DNA of 64,000 nt from Takakia lepidozioides (lineage: Eukaryota > Plantae > Bryophyta), in NCBI GenBank assembly GCA_030704615.1, contig CM060734.1, positions 44,516,001 through 44,580,000 on the forward strand, read 5' to 3'. Each line of letters opens with the position of its first letter. Within the stretch, counting starts at the first letter, position 1. Positions 13,346 to 25,080 of this stretch are shown here, in pieces. Made by a program: the position numbers and the translations under genes. The notes under the pieces were generated by a model. That model had not been told where the DNA came from, searched no databases, and saw only the letters and a program-made list of their open reading frames with translations.

Positions 13346-13563
13346 CAGCCAATGTTTTCAAAAATGTTAAGCCTGACACTGAACTTAGTTTAGCTGCAAA
13401 ACGCACAAAGAAAAGGGTTTTTGGGATGAGATCAATGTGGACCTATACGGAGATCAAGCATTTGGATGAGCATGAAGGAGATGTTGATGCCTGCGACAGC
13501 ACAAGGATATTCCCACGTGGCCCTCTTCCCTTCTTGCTTGTGCAACAACCTCTGAAAAGAGGT
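13346..13563 (-). pseudogene. ELMO/CED-12 domain protein gene fragment (two exons)
   Basis: Exon 13563-13443 reads TSFQRLLHKQEGKRATWEYPCAVAGINISFMLIQMLDL (plant ELMOD motif WEYPFAVAGxN) and is bounded by AG/GT; next exon KLSSVSGLTFLKTLA. Confidence 0.75.
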
Positions 13564-14159
13564 CTGCCCCAAAAAAACCACGAATATTTACTTCAACTCC
13601 TCTGCCGCGCACACATGCACTGCACCAGGCATCAACTTGACGATCAGAGTCTCCTCATACCTGAAGTGTCATTTGGAGTTAAGGATTGCAAGTGTATCAA
13701 TGGTTGTACACCAAATTTTTGTTGAGGAGTCAGGAGATCTGGAACCCAAAAAAGTAGTAATCAGAATCCAAATTAGGCTTTTCCTAGTCTTGATTTGGTT
13801 CTCCTAGCATCCTGTGGGGCATGACCACAAGGCTATCCAAAGACACAATATTATTGCTGAAAGATCCATGCATGCTCAAAAAAATACAGAAAAACTCCCA
13901 GGGGAGGTCTACAGCATGCCACAAAGTACTTGAGATGCCAAAACCAGACCAAGGGCAGAAACAAATCCAGCCCCCTGCACAATTTCACATCACCATACTC
14001 TTTTAGGAATGGGAGATTCGCCCCATGGGATGCCCCGAAGCCGAAAGGGGCCAGCTTGAAACAAAATTAATCGGACTGGGTGTATTGACTCTCTAGTGTA
14101 GGCTATTGCCCTTGTTCGAAAGCTGTGCTGATGACATTCAAGTCTGCTGATAGTCATCC

Positions 14160-15680
14160 AGCCACTGTCCCAACAATCTTTGCAATGAACTTGGTGGCTG
14201 TGTGGCAGTCACCACAGCCCCGGAGGTTCTTGATGAGACGGAGAGGCATCCCAGGGAATGTGCTGATGAGCCCAAAAGCAATGGCCAGCTTCTCACGGTG
14301 GCGGCCGAGTGAAAATTGTTTTTGCTTGTCCTCCACATCATCAATACAAAACGCGTGTCAGGCACGTCCCCAGCCTCCTTCATTTGCCCAGATAATCTCG
14401 TCAGCTTAGCATGGATTTCTTTAATTTGGGGATGCATGTGTCTTCTACAACAAAGGTATGCACCTGGTTGTCCCCCTCAATGCAACAGCACCCTGGCTCC
14501 TTAATGACACCTCTGTCCTGCGTCATTTTCCTCACCTCTGCAGTATCATCCCACCTGCCACCCGCAGCATAGATTTTTGAAAGTAGCACATAAGTTGCTG
14601 CGTCCTGTGGATCCCACTTAAGAAGGCATTTTGCAGCATATTCTGCCACCTCCACGTTGCCATGAATTCTGCAAGCAACAAGCAAGGCCCCCAAGTCGAC
14701 GTTGCTGGTTGGATTGGCAGGCTAGTGCCTCATCCAATTGCCCTGCACGCCCAAGAAGGTCCACCATGCAGCCAAAATGCCACTGTAGGAGTCAGTCCAC
14801 ATTCTTGACTGATGGAATCAAAATAATGGTGGCCTTCATCCACTAGCCCCACATGGCTACACGCAGAGACAACACATACAAAGGTGATACAATCTGGCTT
14901 CATGCCTTCCAGTTGCATTTGTCCAAATAGTTGCAGGGCCTCCGTTACACGCCCATGCTGAGCATCTCCTGCAATCATCACATTCCAGGAGACCACATCT
15001 CGTAGAGCAATACATGTGACGTGCATCCTTTATGTTCCCGCGTTTGGCCCACACATTAGCAAGTGCAGTCCCAAGAATAATATTTGGTGTGATGCCAGCT
15101 TTGATGATGTGGGCTTGGACCTCTTTGCCCAATTCCAGGGCTGCCAGGCTGGCGCAGCCACCCCTGCTCAGCAATAGCATAGATTCTTCCCTTCGTTGCT
15201 AATAGCTGACAGTAACAACCTCGAACTTATGTACCAAACACACCAACCCTACTTACCGCACACTAGTGCCTATGCTGAATTGCTGACAAGAAATTAAATA
15301 TGCTTTACGGAGAGAGGCGGAATGACAATTTGCAAGAAAGTGTTTTGATGCATCTTGTTGTCTGTTTCTGCTCCTTCCCTAACAAAACAAGCCTTCACCT
15401 TTCTGCCACGACACCACATTTCGTTCAGCTATATTGTGAAATACTCCCTTTGCATCCTCAATGCGGACCACATTTCGCATACATGTCCACCTCTTCCCCC
15501 ATCATTTGCTCATAGGTCTCCAAGGCCTCCATTTCGCGCCCTTGCTCTGCATATCCTGCAAGCATGGCGTTCCATGACACCAAATCTCGTTCAGCCATAT
15601 TGTTGAGCACTCCCTCCGCATCCTCGATACACCCACATTTGGCATACATGTCCACCAGGGCAGTGTTCAGAATGACATCT
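14160..15680 (-). pseudogene. PLS-E-E+-DYW PPR RNA-editing factor pseudogene, DYW C-terminally truncated
   Basis: PPR motifs; E domain (ALLVACRIHGNVEVAE), PG box (KEPGCCCIE), HREKLAIAFGL, KNLRGCGDCH; many frameshifts. Confidence 0.92.
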
Positions 15681-16028
15681 GGTAATTTGACAGGCATTCA
15701 CCTTTTTGCCTCGGTTGTCCCACCATTGACTGGGGTCAGAAAAGTATTCATTCCACAGCTTCTCCTCATCTCTGTTACCTGTTTTTGGATACTTTCCCTG
15801 TTGTCACATTGGGCAGTATCATGTCAAAGTCACTCCAAACTAGATTCACTCAACCAGCTAAGTTGCAGAATTCAACGTGGAAATTTAGGGCCGATTCTGA
15901 TAAGAGGGAAACACAAGGTGAAATGTGTTGAAGAAGATGCCTTCATTAGCAGTGCCTGATTTTATCAATTGTGCCGCTGCTGCTGCGGGTTCCAGTTGAC
16001 CATTACCCATGCAGGTTTCTTGTAGCTA
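15677..16028 (-). pseudogene. OSB PDF-motif fragment fused to the PPR
   Basis: Reverse-complement copy of the 1036-1378 module (EKLWNEYFSDPSQWWDNRGKK), joined at ttaccagat to PDVILNTALVDMY. Confidence 0.78.
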
Positions 16029-16821
16029 ACCTTCGGAGAGTAAGGCGACGTTGTTGGAATGCAGTGTACATTCTAACTTAATTAACCTAAAACTGAGGAA
16101 CTTTCTAGGATTTGAAGAGGCTATCCTTATATTATGTTACCTGCTGAATTCCACATGCCCTGTCGAGGAAATGCCTTTAGCGAAAATTCGATCTGCATTT
16201 TAATAGTGGAGGAGAGCACCTGACGACCCCACTCATCTGCACGCACCGCTTGGTCTAATTCTTCCTTCCCCAGATTGAAGTAGCCATTTAACTTCTCCAC
16301 CACGCGCTGACTGTTACCCTCCCCTGATACAGAGGCGTGGTGCATAGGGGGTGGCACCCAGAGCCGTGAGCGCTCAGATACATAGGCGGGCCACAAGGCC
16401 GATGACATCGCACATGCTGCACTGCCTCCCCTGCATCAAGACAATTTGAAAAGAATTGGTGTAAAACTGAGGAAGTGAGAGGATGCAGTCATTGACAATG
16501 TGTCTGAACACTGCAATGACTTCCCCACGCACTGCAGTATTTAGCTACCTACACATCTCCATCACTGCCACAAAATTAGAACTGATGAGTTGACAACATC
16601 CGCAAAACCACGATGTTGGTTGATTTGGACTCACGCGACTCTACGAGGTTCCTTTGCAAAAGAAACGGCAGGTACGTCCGTTCAGGAAGTTTTTATTTTT
16701 GTGCTTCTCTTTGGGTGGTACGGGCGGCTCAAAACAAAAATGACGACGACAACGTGGCGTGATGACGACGACGTGGCACTATGGCACCCTATATCTGCTC
16801 TACGCTCAACTAGCTCTCGAC

Positions 16822-19800
16822 CAGTGTTGGTCTGGTATCGCGTTTTGGAGATACCAGGAGGGTCCTGGTAGTATAAGAATTTAGAGATGTCCCAAACACA
16901 GGTATGCAATAATAATAATAAACCCGGATTTTGTTACTTGTAGGGTATCAATAATGGTAGCATTTCACTTTTGCCGACCTAGTATCAACAAGGGTATGAA
17001 AACCTTGATACCTGCTGATATCAACTTCGGGTAAAGTATCAAAAATTTACATTTTAGAGAGAAACACACACTGAATATTGTAGCATACATATGCAAATTT
17101 TTGGCCTTGCATTTATAACTAATTTCACTGCCACTGTTTTTCTTTCAAGCCACAAACACTAATGTTGAATGCGACAGAGCACTAATACAAATAGAAACAA
17201 AGCAATTGAAATTAGGAACTGCCATGAGCTTATGAAACTTCTCCTGTTGAGTTATGCATATGTGAAGCTTATCAAATGATCTACTCTACTCTATGCCAGA
17301 ATCTCTTTGGTTTGCTGTCAATTTCTTGTCCTCGCCAATACCAGCATGAGCAAAGTTAAGAACCAGATGACAGGGCTAAAAAATCAACATTGCAATGGAA
17401 CCGAGGATCCCAAAATAAAAGCAAATTTGTGGTCACTCAAATACTGGCTAATTTGCAGGTGACTGGGTACGTTGGTTGGCTACTCTTGCGATGCCTAAGT
17501 ACAGTAGCTGATCTCCACCTCAAGTGATAGATGGTGGTGTGCCATGTCTTGAAACTCCGCACCTGTGAAGAGAACAAAAACACCCAATTTAGACCTCGAA
17601 GGTCAAGTGGATGCGGAGTATAAGCATTGGTCAATATCAAACATAAACAATCAGCAGTTTAAAAATACTTATCAAATCTGTTGATACAGCCCAAACTCCA
17701 GCACTGCAACAACTCCATGTCAGCAACCACTCCAACACCTGCAAGAAAGCAATCCTAGATTAAAACCATATACATTCAAAGCTGGAGACTCAGCCAAAAT
17801 GCAGAAAAAACAAAAAAATAAAAATAAAAATCAGAGTTCACAAGCCTACCCCTACTCGTCGTTCTCAAACAGCCCTGCCTCCTCAATTAGCTCCTCGTTC
17901 TCGTCAACTAGTATGTCCTCATCCTCCAAGAAGTCCTTGAACTTTCCTGCTTCGACTAGCTTACAATCAATACGGGCATCACTGGGCCAATTTTTGTAAA
18001 CCATTACCAATTTGTCCAAATTATCCACCCCCAGACGACATCGTCTAAGAGCAGTCAGCACACCTGCCATGGAGAAAATTCTCTCCGTCTCAATCTGAGA
18101 ACCAAGTATTCCAAGAATTTGACGAGCCAACCACCCAACATTAGGGAACCTTGTCTCATGCTCAAACCACCATTTCATTGGATCCAGTTTCTCCTCATTG
18201 TCAACGGGAAAGCGTCGGAATAAAGAAAGCTCAGCCTTCAATAAGCACTCACTGGCCTCCTCAGTGGAGGCAGCCCTACCAAACAATCCATGTGAGGGTA
18301 GCTCAGGAGTGGGTGGATGCGGAGCTGTGCCACCTTTAGGGTTCAAGTGCTCAATCACAGTGGTCAATAGTGGCAGCAATACAACTGAATCATATTCTTG
18401 CACCAGACGTTCAGCTGACATCCTACCAATGTAATCAGCAATGCACTGTAAGCCTTTAAACCGTGGATCCAACATTAAGCATGTTATGTGCCTTGTTCTC
18501 AATGAAATATTGAGCAAATGAAAGAAATGGGCGAAGAACCTCTATGACTTGGAGGGCCATGCGAGCATAAAGCAACTCTATCTCCACATCAAAAGATCCA
18601 TATTGTAAGCGTGGCACATGAGCTGCCCTTACTTCCACAATCTTCCTCATCTCCGTCATGATAGCCAAGCCAGCTAAGAGGGCATCTGAGAGCAGCCAGT
18701 AACCCCTTCGCTGGTTCAGAATGCATTGGTGCACTACAGGTGTCAAAGTGTCATCCACGGCTCTGGCTATGGCCCATGTCCGCCCACTGGGAACCCTAGT
18801 TTGCAAGGCAGCAGATTGCCGTGTGTAGCAAATATTGATGGCATTAGCATACGCCAACGTTTCCTGAAACATAATGACTTTCGATGCAAATCTTGTCTTG
18901 AGAGGGGTCCTGAGTTTTCTCTTGGGCAAGCTTGCATCCACACAGGCCTTCTCCCACTCCAACTTGCCCTTACCACTTTTCTTCGTCCAAGTGATGGTTT
19001 TTTGCAAGGCTGTCTAAGCCTCTTTCAAGCTCACCTCAATCATACCACCACTGACCTTCTCCTCATTTGTTGCGTATTGGCATGCCTTAAAAGCAAGACC
19101 CTGGATAGGGCTCTGACAGCTTCAAAGGATCACATTTCACCACTGAAGTTAGGGCAGATTGCAAAGTCGCAAGGTTAGCCCCTTCATCCTTTACATAAGC
19201 TATCACCTTGTCTGATAGCTTGAATTGAGCCAGCAGAGCTTTCACTTGGGCTGCAAGAGCAAGTCCAGATGTATTTGGAGCTTCAAAAATACCAACTATA
19301 ATATGGCATGGACACCAAACCTCGTTGATAAAGTTTACCACAAGTGCAAAGGTACCATGCCCTGATCTTGACATCCACAAGTCAAAGGAGCAAGACACGG
19401 TGGATGCAGAGGCTATGGCAGGTAAAACATATGTGTCCATCGTTTTCTTGAACAAAGCAGGTAGATGGTTTTTCACAAGCTGTTTTCTGCTAGGGAATAC
19501 AACCTGACCACATTGTCTCATGATTAATCTGCGGAGCCAGGGATTCTCAACAACTGACAGGGGCATGTACCCTTTACAGACCAGAAGCACCAGATCTTCA
19601 ATGAACCTCAGCTGGGCAGGATTATCTTTCCTGTATGGCCTACAATTGCCAAAGAACGAAGTGATAGCACTCGGAGGCACAGACTGTCGTTTTTTGGTTT
19701 TCTGACGTTTATTGCTACCTTGATCTACAACAACTTGCCTATGGGCTTTGTATTTTGCAAGATCAGATCCATGCTCATTAGAGACATGTTTCTTCATTGC

Positions 19801-20668
19801 AGTTATACCATGATCTGGATTGTAGTTTACAAAGCCTTTTCTGGTTCTGGTTGAGTTACTAGAGCTGTGAGCATTCTCCACTGAATGACACATAATGCAC
19901 CTCATCAATTGTGTCATCTCTACCTTAGCACTTGCATCGTTCAGGACAAAAAACGCCCAACACTCAGAACCTCTATGATATGGGAGCCAAAATCCCTGAT
20001 TGGCGACCAAAACTTGCAAGCGCTGGCGCCACAAAGCCTCCTCCTCAGCAATTCGGTCCTCTTCCGCCTGATCACCAACTTGCAGGACCTCCTCGCTTGT
20101 CACGCCTGTCTCCAAGTCCTCTACATCCTCCCCAGTAGATAGCAACAATGTTTCAGTCTCACTGATCTCTAACGCATTGAAGAAATCCATCTCCCCTAGC
20201 TAACCTTGTCACAAAGTTGATGTGAATCCCATAAAACAAGCATTCAACACTCAACCGCATGTAACGAGCAACAAATGGGCAAGAGGCTCAAAGCAATACC
20301 TAAATTGGCCTCCTTGCTTGATGCTGCATTGAAAGCCAACAAACCACCTTTATTGCGATCCCTTCCGCAGCCAAAACCAAAGCAAGAATCTCACAAAATC
20401 TGCCGCCATCTCTAGGCTAGGCGCATTGATACCTGAACGGCGATACCACCAACCAAGTTCCAGCGAAAAAAAACAAGTAACAACATCAACAAAGGTGAGT
20501 CGAGACCAGTCGGCTAGGGTATCGGCCTCCCCGAAATCCTAATCATACCCTACAGGTAGGATACTCTACGCATTTCCTTTCTATCTGGAACCGGCTGGTA
20601 GGGGCGTCCATACCCGGGTGCATAACCGGGTTGATACCCGTATTTTTGTACATACCAAACCAACACTG
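16822..20668 (-). mobile_element. hAT DNA transposon, full length, frameshifted transposase
   Basis: TIR CAGTGTTGGT(C/T)TGGTAT at both ends; 8-bp TSD CTCTCGAC (16814-16821, 20669-20676). Confidence 0.95.
17852..20190 (-). pseudogene. hAT transposase (BED finger, DDE core, dimerisation domain) in three ORF pieces
   Basis: CIMC..H..H, SFDLWMS, DEGANL, TRFAS, LDPRFK, WW...RFP....ARQIL.I..SQIETERIFS. Confidence 0.92.
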
Positions 20669-21459
20669 CTCTCGACCTTTGGTCATCGCTAGAATTAACA
20701 ATAACTATTAACAATTTGTAGAGACTCTCCTAGGTGGACTTACTAATAAAATTGCTAATAACTATCAGTAATCTATGGCAGATTCTCTATTTATAATTTG
20801 TACCTTCTAGGCTTTGTGAGCCTCTCCTAGGTGGACTTAGTAATATAAAATTACCCTTAATAATTATCAGAAATTTTTGCCTTTCTTTTGACAGGCTATT
20901 CCTTTTTTTTTACTTTCACTGGGACAGGCTTTTTTTCTCAATGCCTTTCTTTTGACCGGCAGATTTTTTTTTTGCCTTTTTTTCCCTTGTCAAATGCCTT
21001 GTGACAGGTGCAAAAATCAGCCTTGGTCTCAAGAGGTAGAGGTAGTTAGCATTAAGAAGTCACATGTGCTCACAAAAGTAATGGCAGAGTCATTTATATG
21101 TGAGGATGCTTGCAGGGAATGGGATGCTGTGTAGCGCTGATGTAGAAAACCATATGAACCTTTATGTATGGGAAGGTTAGAGTGGAATATCAAGATGAAC
21201 TTCTTTGGTTTGAGGAAGCCTTGGCTGAAGGCAACTGCTTGGCCTTGTTCGTATGAGCTTTTGTTGGCTCTGTCCCTTAGGGCATAGTGACTTTGCATCA
21301 TGTTGAAGTCAATGGAGGAAATATGGTCAACGGACCTTACATTGTGTCAAGAGTATGATTGGTCTAAAAAAGTTCCGAAGTATAAACCACGTGGCAGCTT
21401 CGTCAAAATTGTTGCTTCAATGGACAGAGCCTGTCGCGATTTGCTGCTTGTTGGACACT

Positions 21460-22800
21460 TAGGGGGGAAATTTTTTGAGAACCGCAAGCCCACCATAAGG
21501 CGCACACACCATAGGCAGTGAAACCTCTCTTCATGAGAAGTACACAGAATTAACAAGGCGAAGACTCCCTAAGGGGCCAAAGTGCGTTTTTTTCAGTTGA
21601 TTCCTTCACATGCCTTCAATTTATGTCATGCTCGAATTCAGGCGATGCAATGAATGGTCGCGTGGCTAACAGTTCCAAGTGGAATGCTCTTTCCAAAACT
21701 ACTATAGCATGTGATCTTGTGGGCTTAAGTTGTTCAGAAGGAAACATAGAGCACATCTGCAATGCGAGGAGATGGCCATGTTTGCACAGAGTTTGACCCA
21801 CGCTTTACTAATGTCACTTCGTAGATCTTGATAGATGAGGGAAAGGAAACAGGAGAAGGGAGCTAGTTTCTTCCTGGGGTTTCAACACAGTGCGCTCTCC
21901 AGACATGCTACAGTGTCGAGCTCCTAATAGTGTCAAAGACTGGGCAGGCTGTTTAGTAGTTCAATATGTCAATAGCCAGAGTATGTCAGTAGCAGAGAGA
22001 TTCTGTGCAGTCCACTGTGGTAGAATACTTTGACTATGGGCCAGATCGTGGTAGGTGCAAGACAGTGGAGCAGACAGTGTTTACATGATTCAGTTCTTCC
22101 AAAGGAGCAACAACCACTAAGAGTAGAATCTTGGAATTCTAGCCATTCACCAACTTCAATATGTCAATAGCCAGAGTATGTCAGTAGCAGAGAGATTCTG
22201 GCAGTCCACTGTGGTAGAATGCTTTGACTATGGGCCAGTTCGTGGTAGGTGCAAGACAGTGGAACAGACAGTGTTTACATGATTCCGTTCTTCCAAAGGA
22301 GCAACAACCACTAAGAGTAGAATCTTGGAATTCTAGCCATTCACCAACTTCAAGTGCACGATGGCTATTTACCAAAAAAAGGTTGAGATCTTGGCTGAAC
22401 AAGTTTCAAGCCAGACAGAAGACCCAGACCAGTTTTTGTTGTGGAAGCCATGAACCTATGCTGTAACTGCACAATGGGCACCTCGCTTCCTCTGCTGATG
22501 CTCAAGGTGTCTCCCCACATGGCCATTGATAGAAACACTGAAGTCAAATTGGGGGAGTTGTCTGAATAACCTCCCAAGGGAAATATTATCTCCCTTTTTA
22601 GGTTCAAACTTCAAACAGAATACCACCAGTAACTGCTGTGCCTCCTCAGACCCCTCCTTGGAATACTGCTGTCCTACCCATAAGATGCTAGCTGAGAGAG
22701 GTTGCATGAGAGATCTTGTTGTAAATATTTTACAGAAACAACTTGGTGAGAGGATTAAACACTGCACTCTCCTGATAAGACTCCCATATTCAACCATAAA
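21460..22800 (-). mobile_element. Degenerate L1-type LINE 3' portion (zf-RVT) with internal ~195-bp tandem duplication (21960-22353)
   Basis: CCSFGRTESCKHCLFHC motif present twice; tail motif gccttatgg near 21490. Confidence 0.6.
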
Positions 22801-23608
22801 ACAAACCAACAGTAAACCACAGTGAATTACTGGTGCCCAGAACAGTCACTAATATTCCATTCTAACCTGTGAGAGAGTAGACCAGCCAGACAAGGATGAA
22901 CAATCAGTGATACTTACAAACTCCCACAGCACACTCGCGCCGCAGGAAGAAGGATTCATGTGCCTACTTAGATGCCACTGTTGTTCAGCATATGGCACAA
23001 TCGTAACCACAAGTTCTAAATACTAAATCTGGAACTGGTCATCCGGAAATTGAAAATATTAATGGTCTCAGGGACGGATCCGAAAATTAGGTGACGTTCT
23101 CCCTTTTCTTTCTCTGCACTTCCCCTTGACCTATAACAGTCCTAACAGACAATGCTGGTATGGAAAGGTAATCATCACCAGGAGTCAGAGATTAGCTTAA
23201 ACTGAACTACGACGGGCAAATCACAATATCTATCCACAACGCCTGAAACCAATCCTACAAGACTGATATTTCCACCATCTACAATTTCCCGTTACAAGCA
23301 CGAGCTCGACAGACTGGTCTTTACAATACAACCACGAAGCTTTACTAAAAACCATCCGCCCATTTCATTAGGTATAGTGTTCATTCACAACGCAGCGAAC
23401 TGGGACCACAAAACAGTTACGCAAAACTCTTGATAATCTATTACCCCTGTCCGCATTGCACACAACACATTACAAACAAGATGACGGTCCTGCATGAAAA
23501 GCGTATCTTTACTTCAAGTTTTCAACATACTACACAAAGACGGTACCAACACGTAGGGCGACGAGGGCATCCACGACAGGCTTGAAGCTCCAGCTTGCAG
23601 AAGAGCAT

Positions 23609-24055
23609 CTACATTCGTTTGATTAAGGCTCGTCTCTCTATTCCGCTGATGATCTCACCAAGCCCCACAGAAGGCCGACCCAGGAAGTTTTCGTACTGAT
23701 TCACCTTCTCCAAGTAGCTGCCATAAATGTACTCTGGCGTGTAACCATGTTCCTCGTCGTAAACCAGAATATGGCCGTGCCATTCCCAGGTGCGGTAGCC
23801 GGTTCCAGCCTCCTCCTCGTAGCCCACACACACATGGTGCTCCCCTACGGCCACCGATTCCCCAGAGTTCGGCTGCAAGATCTCCCACTGTCCGTCCAGG
23901 ATCAAGTTTTGAATCATCTCTGCCAGGGCCGCCTCTTCTTGAGCGAGCTTCGATCGGGTGATTTCCTCGGGAGGAGTGGGGACCCGGGGCGCGGCGTGAA
24001 CATTCCTACGCGGAATCGGACGAGTCCCTGCGATCTGCAATGCTGTGCGCGCCAT
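23609..24055 (-). CDS. Plant protein of unknown function, 148 aa, intronless
   Basis: Clean GC-rich ORF with good start context (gcaagccATGG) and a motif typical of a conserved plant family: WEWHGHILVYDEEHGYTPEYIYGSY. Confidence 0.75.
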   Translation of the reverse strand: MARTALQIAGTRPIPRRNVHAAPRVPTPPEEITRSKLAQEEAALAEMIQNLILDGQWEILQPNSGESVAVGEHHVCVGYEEEAGTGYRTWEWHGHILVYDEEHGYTPEYIYGSYLEKVNQYENFLGRPSVGLGEIISGIERRALIKRM

Positions 24056-25080
24056 GGCTTGCTACCTCCTCACGATCCCTCACACCCTTCCAACCGATCT
24101 CCACCCCGCACTGCTCCTCCAGACACACCAAACCCTCGCTGCCCCTCGCACGATCTTATGGCCGCACACGAAACCCTCGCAGGAAGCCAGAGAAAGATCT
24201 AGAGACACCTGTGCCGCGGGGATAGGGCCGCTTCCCAACCGAGATTGCAACTCGAGGGGACGATACGGCTTAGGCGCCGATTTCTTCTTTTCCTCTAAGT
24301 ATTTTCCGAAAGGGAAACTGCCCGGGAGCCAATGGTAGACCCAAGATAATATACCGTACTGACCTAGCTTTTCTTTTTTTTCTGTTTTTTGAGAGAACAG
24401 GGGACGGTCACTGGCCCTGGTTTTTTTTTTTTAAAGTTATTTTTATTGAGAACGAGAGGAAAAAGTAACCTCTTAAGATATTAGTGCCGTGAAGGCCCAA
24501 CATGCAACGGGTCAACTATAGTGTTGGTATGGTATCTGGGTTTCGTCGGGTATCAACCGGGGTCTCTCCTAACCTAACCTACTGTTCTCTGTTCCCGTAA
24601 ACATTTGTAGTACCCTACCATAAGGTTCTCGAGTTCTCTGGTGGCCCCCCAAACCCCAACAGGCGGCAGTTATTTCCCCGCTCCCTACCAAAGCTCGACT
24701 CGTCGCTGCAGGTATGTTCGGGTATCATGTTAACCCCTAAGCGTCAAACTTGGGTCGGTTGGGTTTAGAAAACATGCTGGTTATCCCTGAGGTTAAGCCT
24801 GATGTAGGCTCATTCATTGGAAATCAAGTCAAGTATGACGTGGCATTTCCCAATTGGTCATATGACCTGACAATTGCCACGTGGAGAGTGTAGAGTCCGC
24901 CACACTCTGATTTTGTGGCCACTTTTCACCATCTAACCTACCCTTAGGATGATGTGGCAACTAGGGTCGGGTTAGGGTGAAATTCCATGCACCCCCCATG
25001 GCAGGGTGGCGCGTCTCCCAACACTCTTTTATTGCCCCACTTACCCCCTAAATGGCACCCACAGCCCACCTGCCTCGGAG

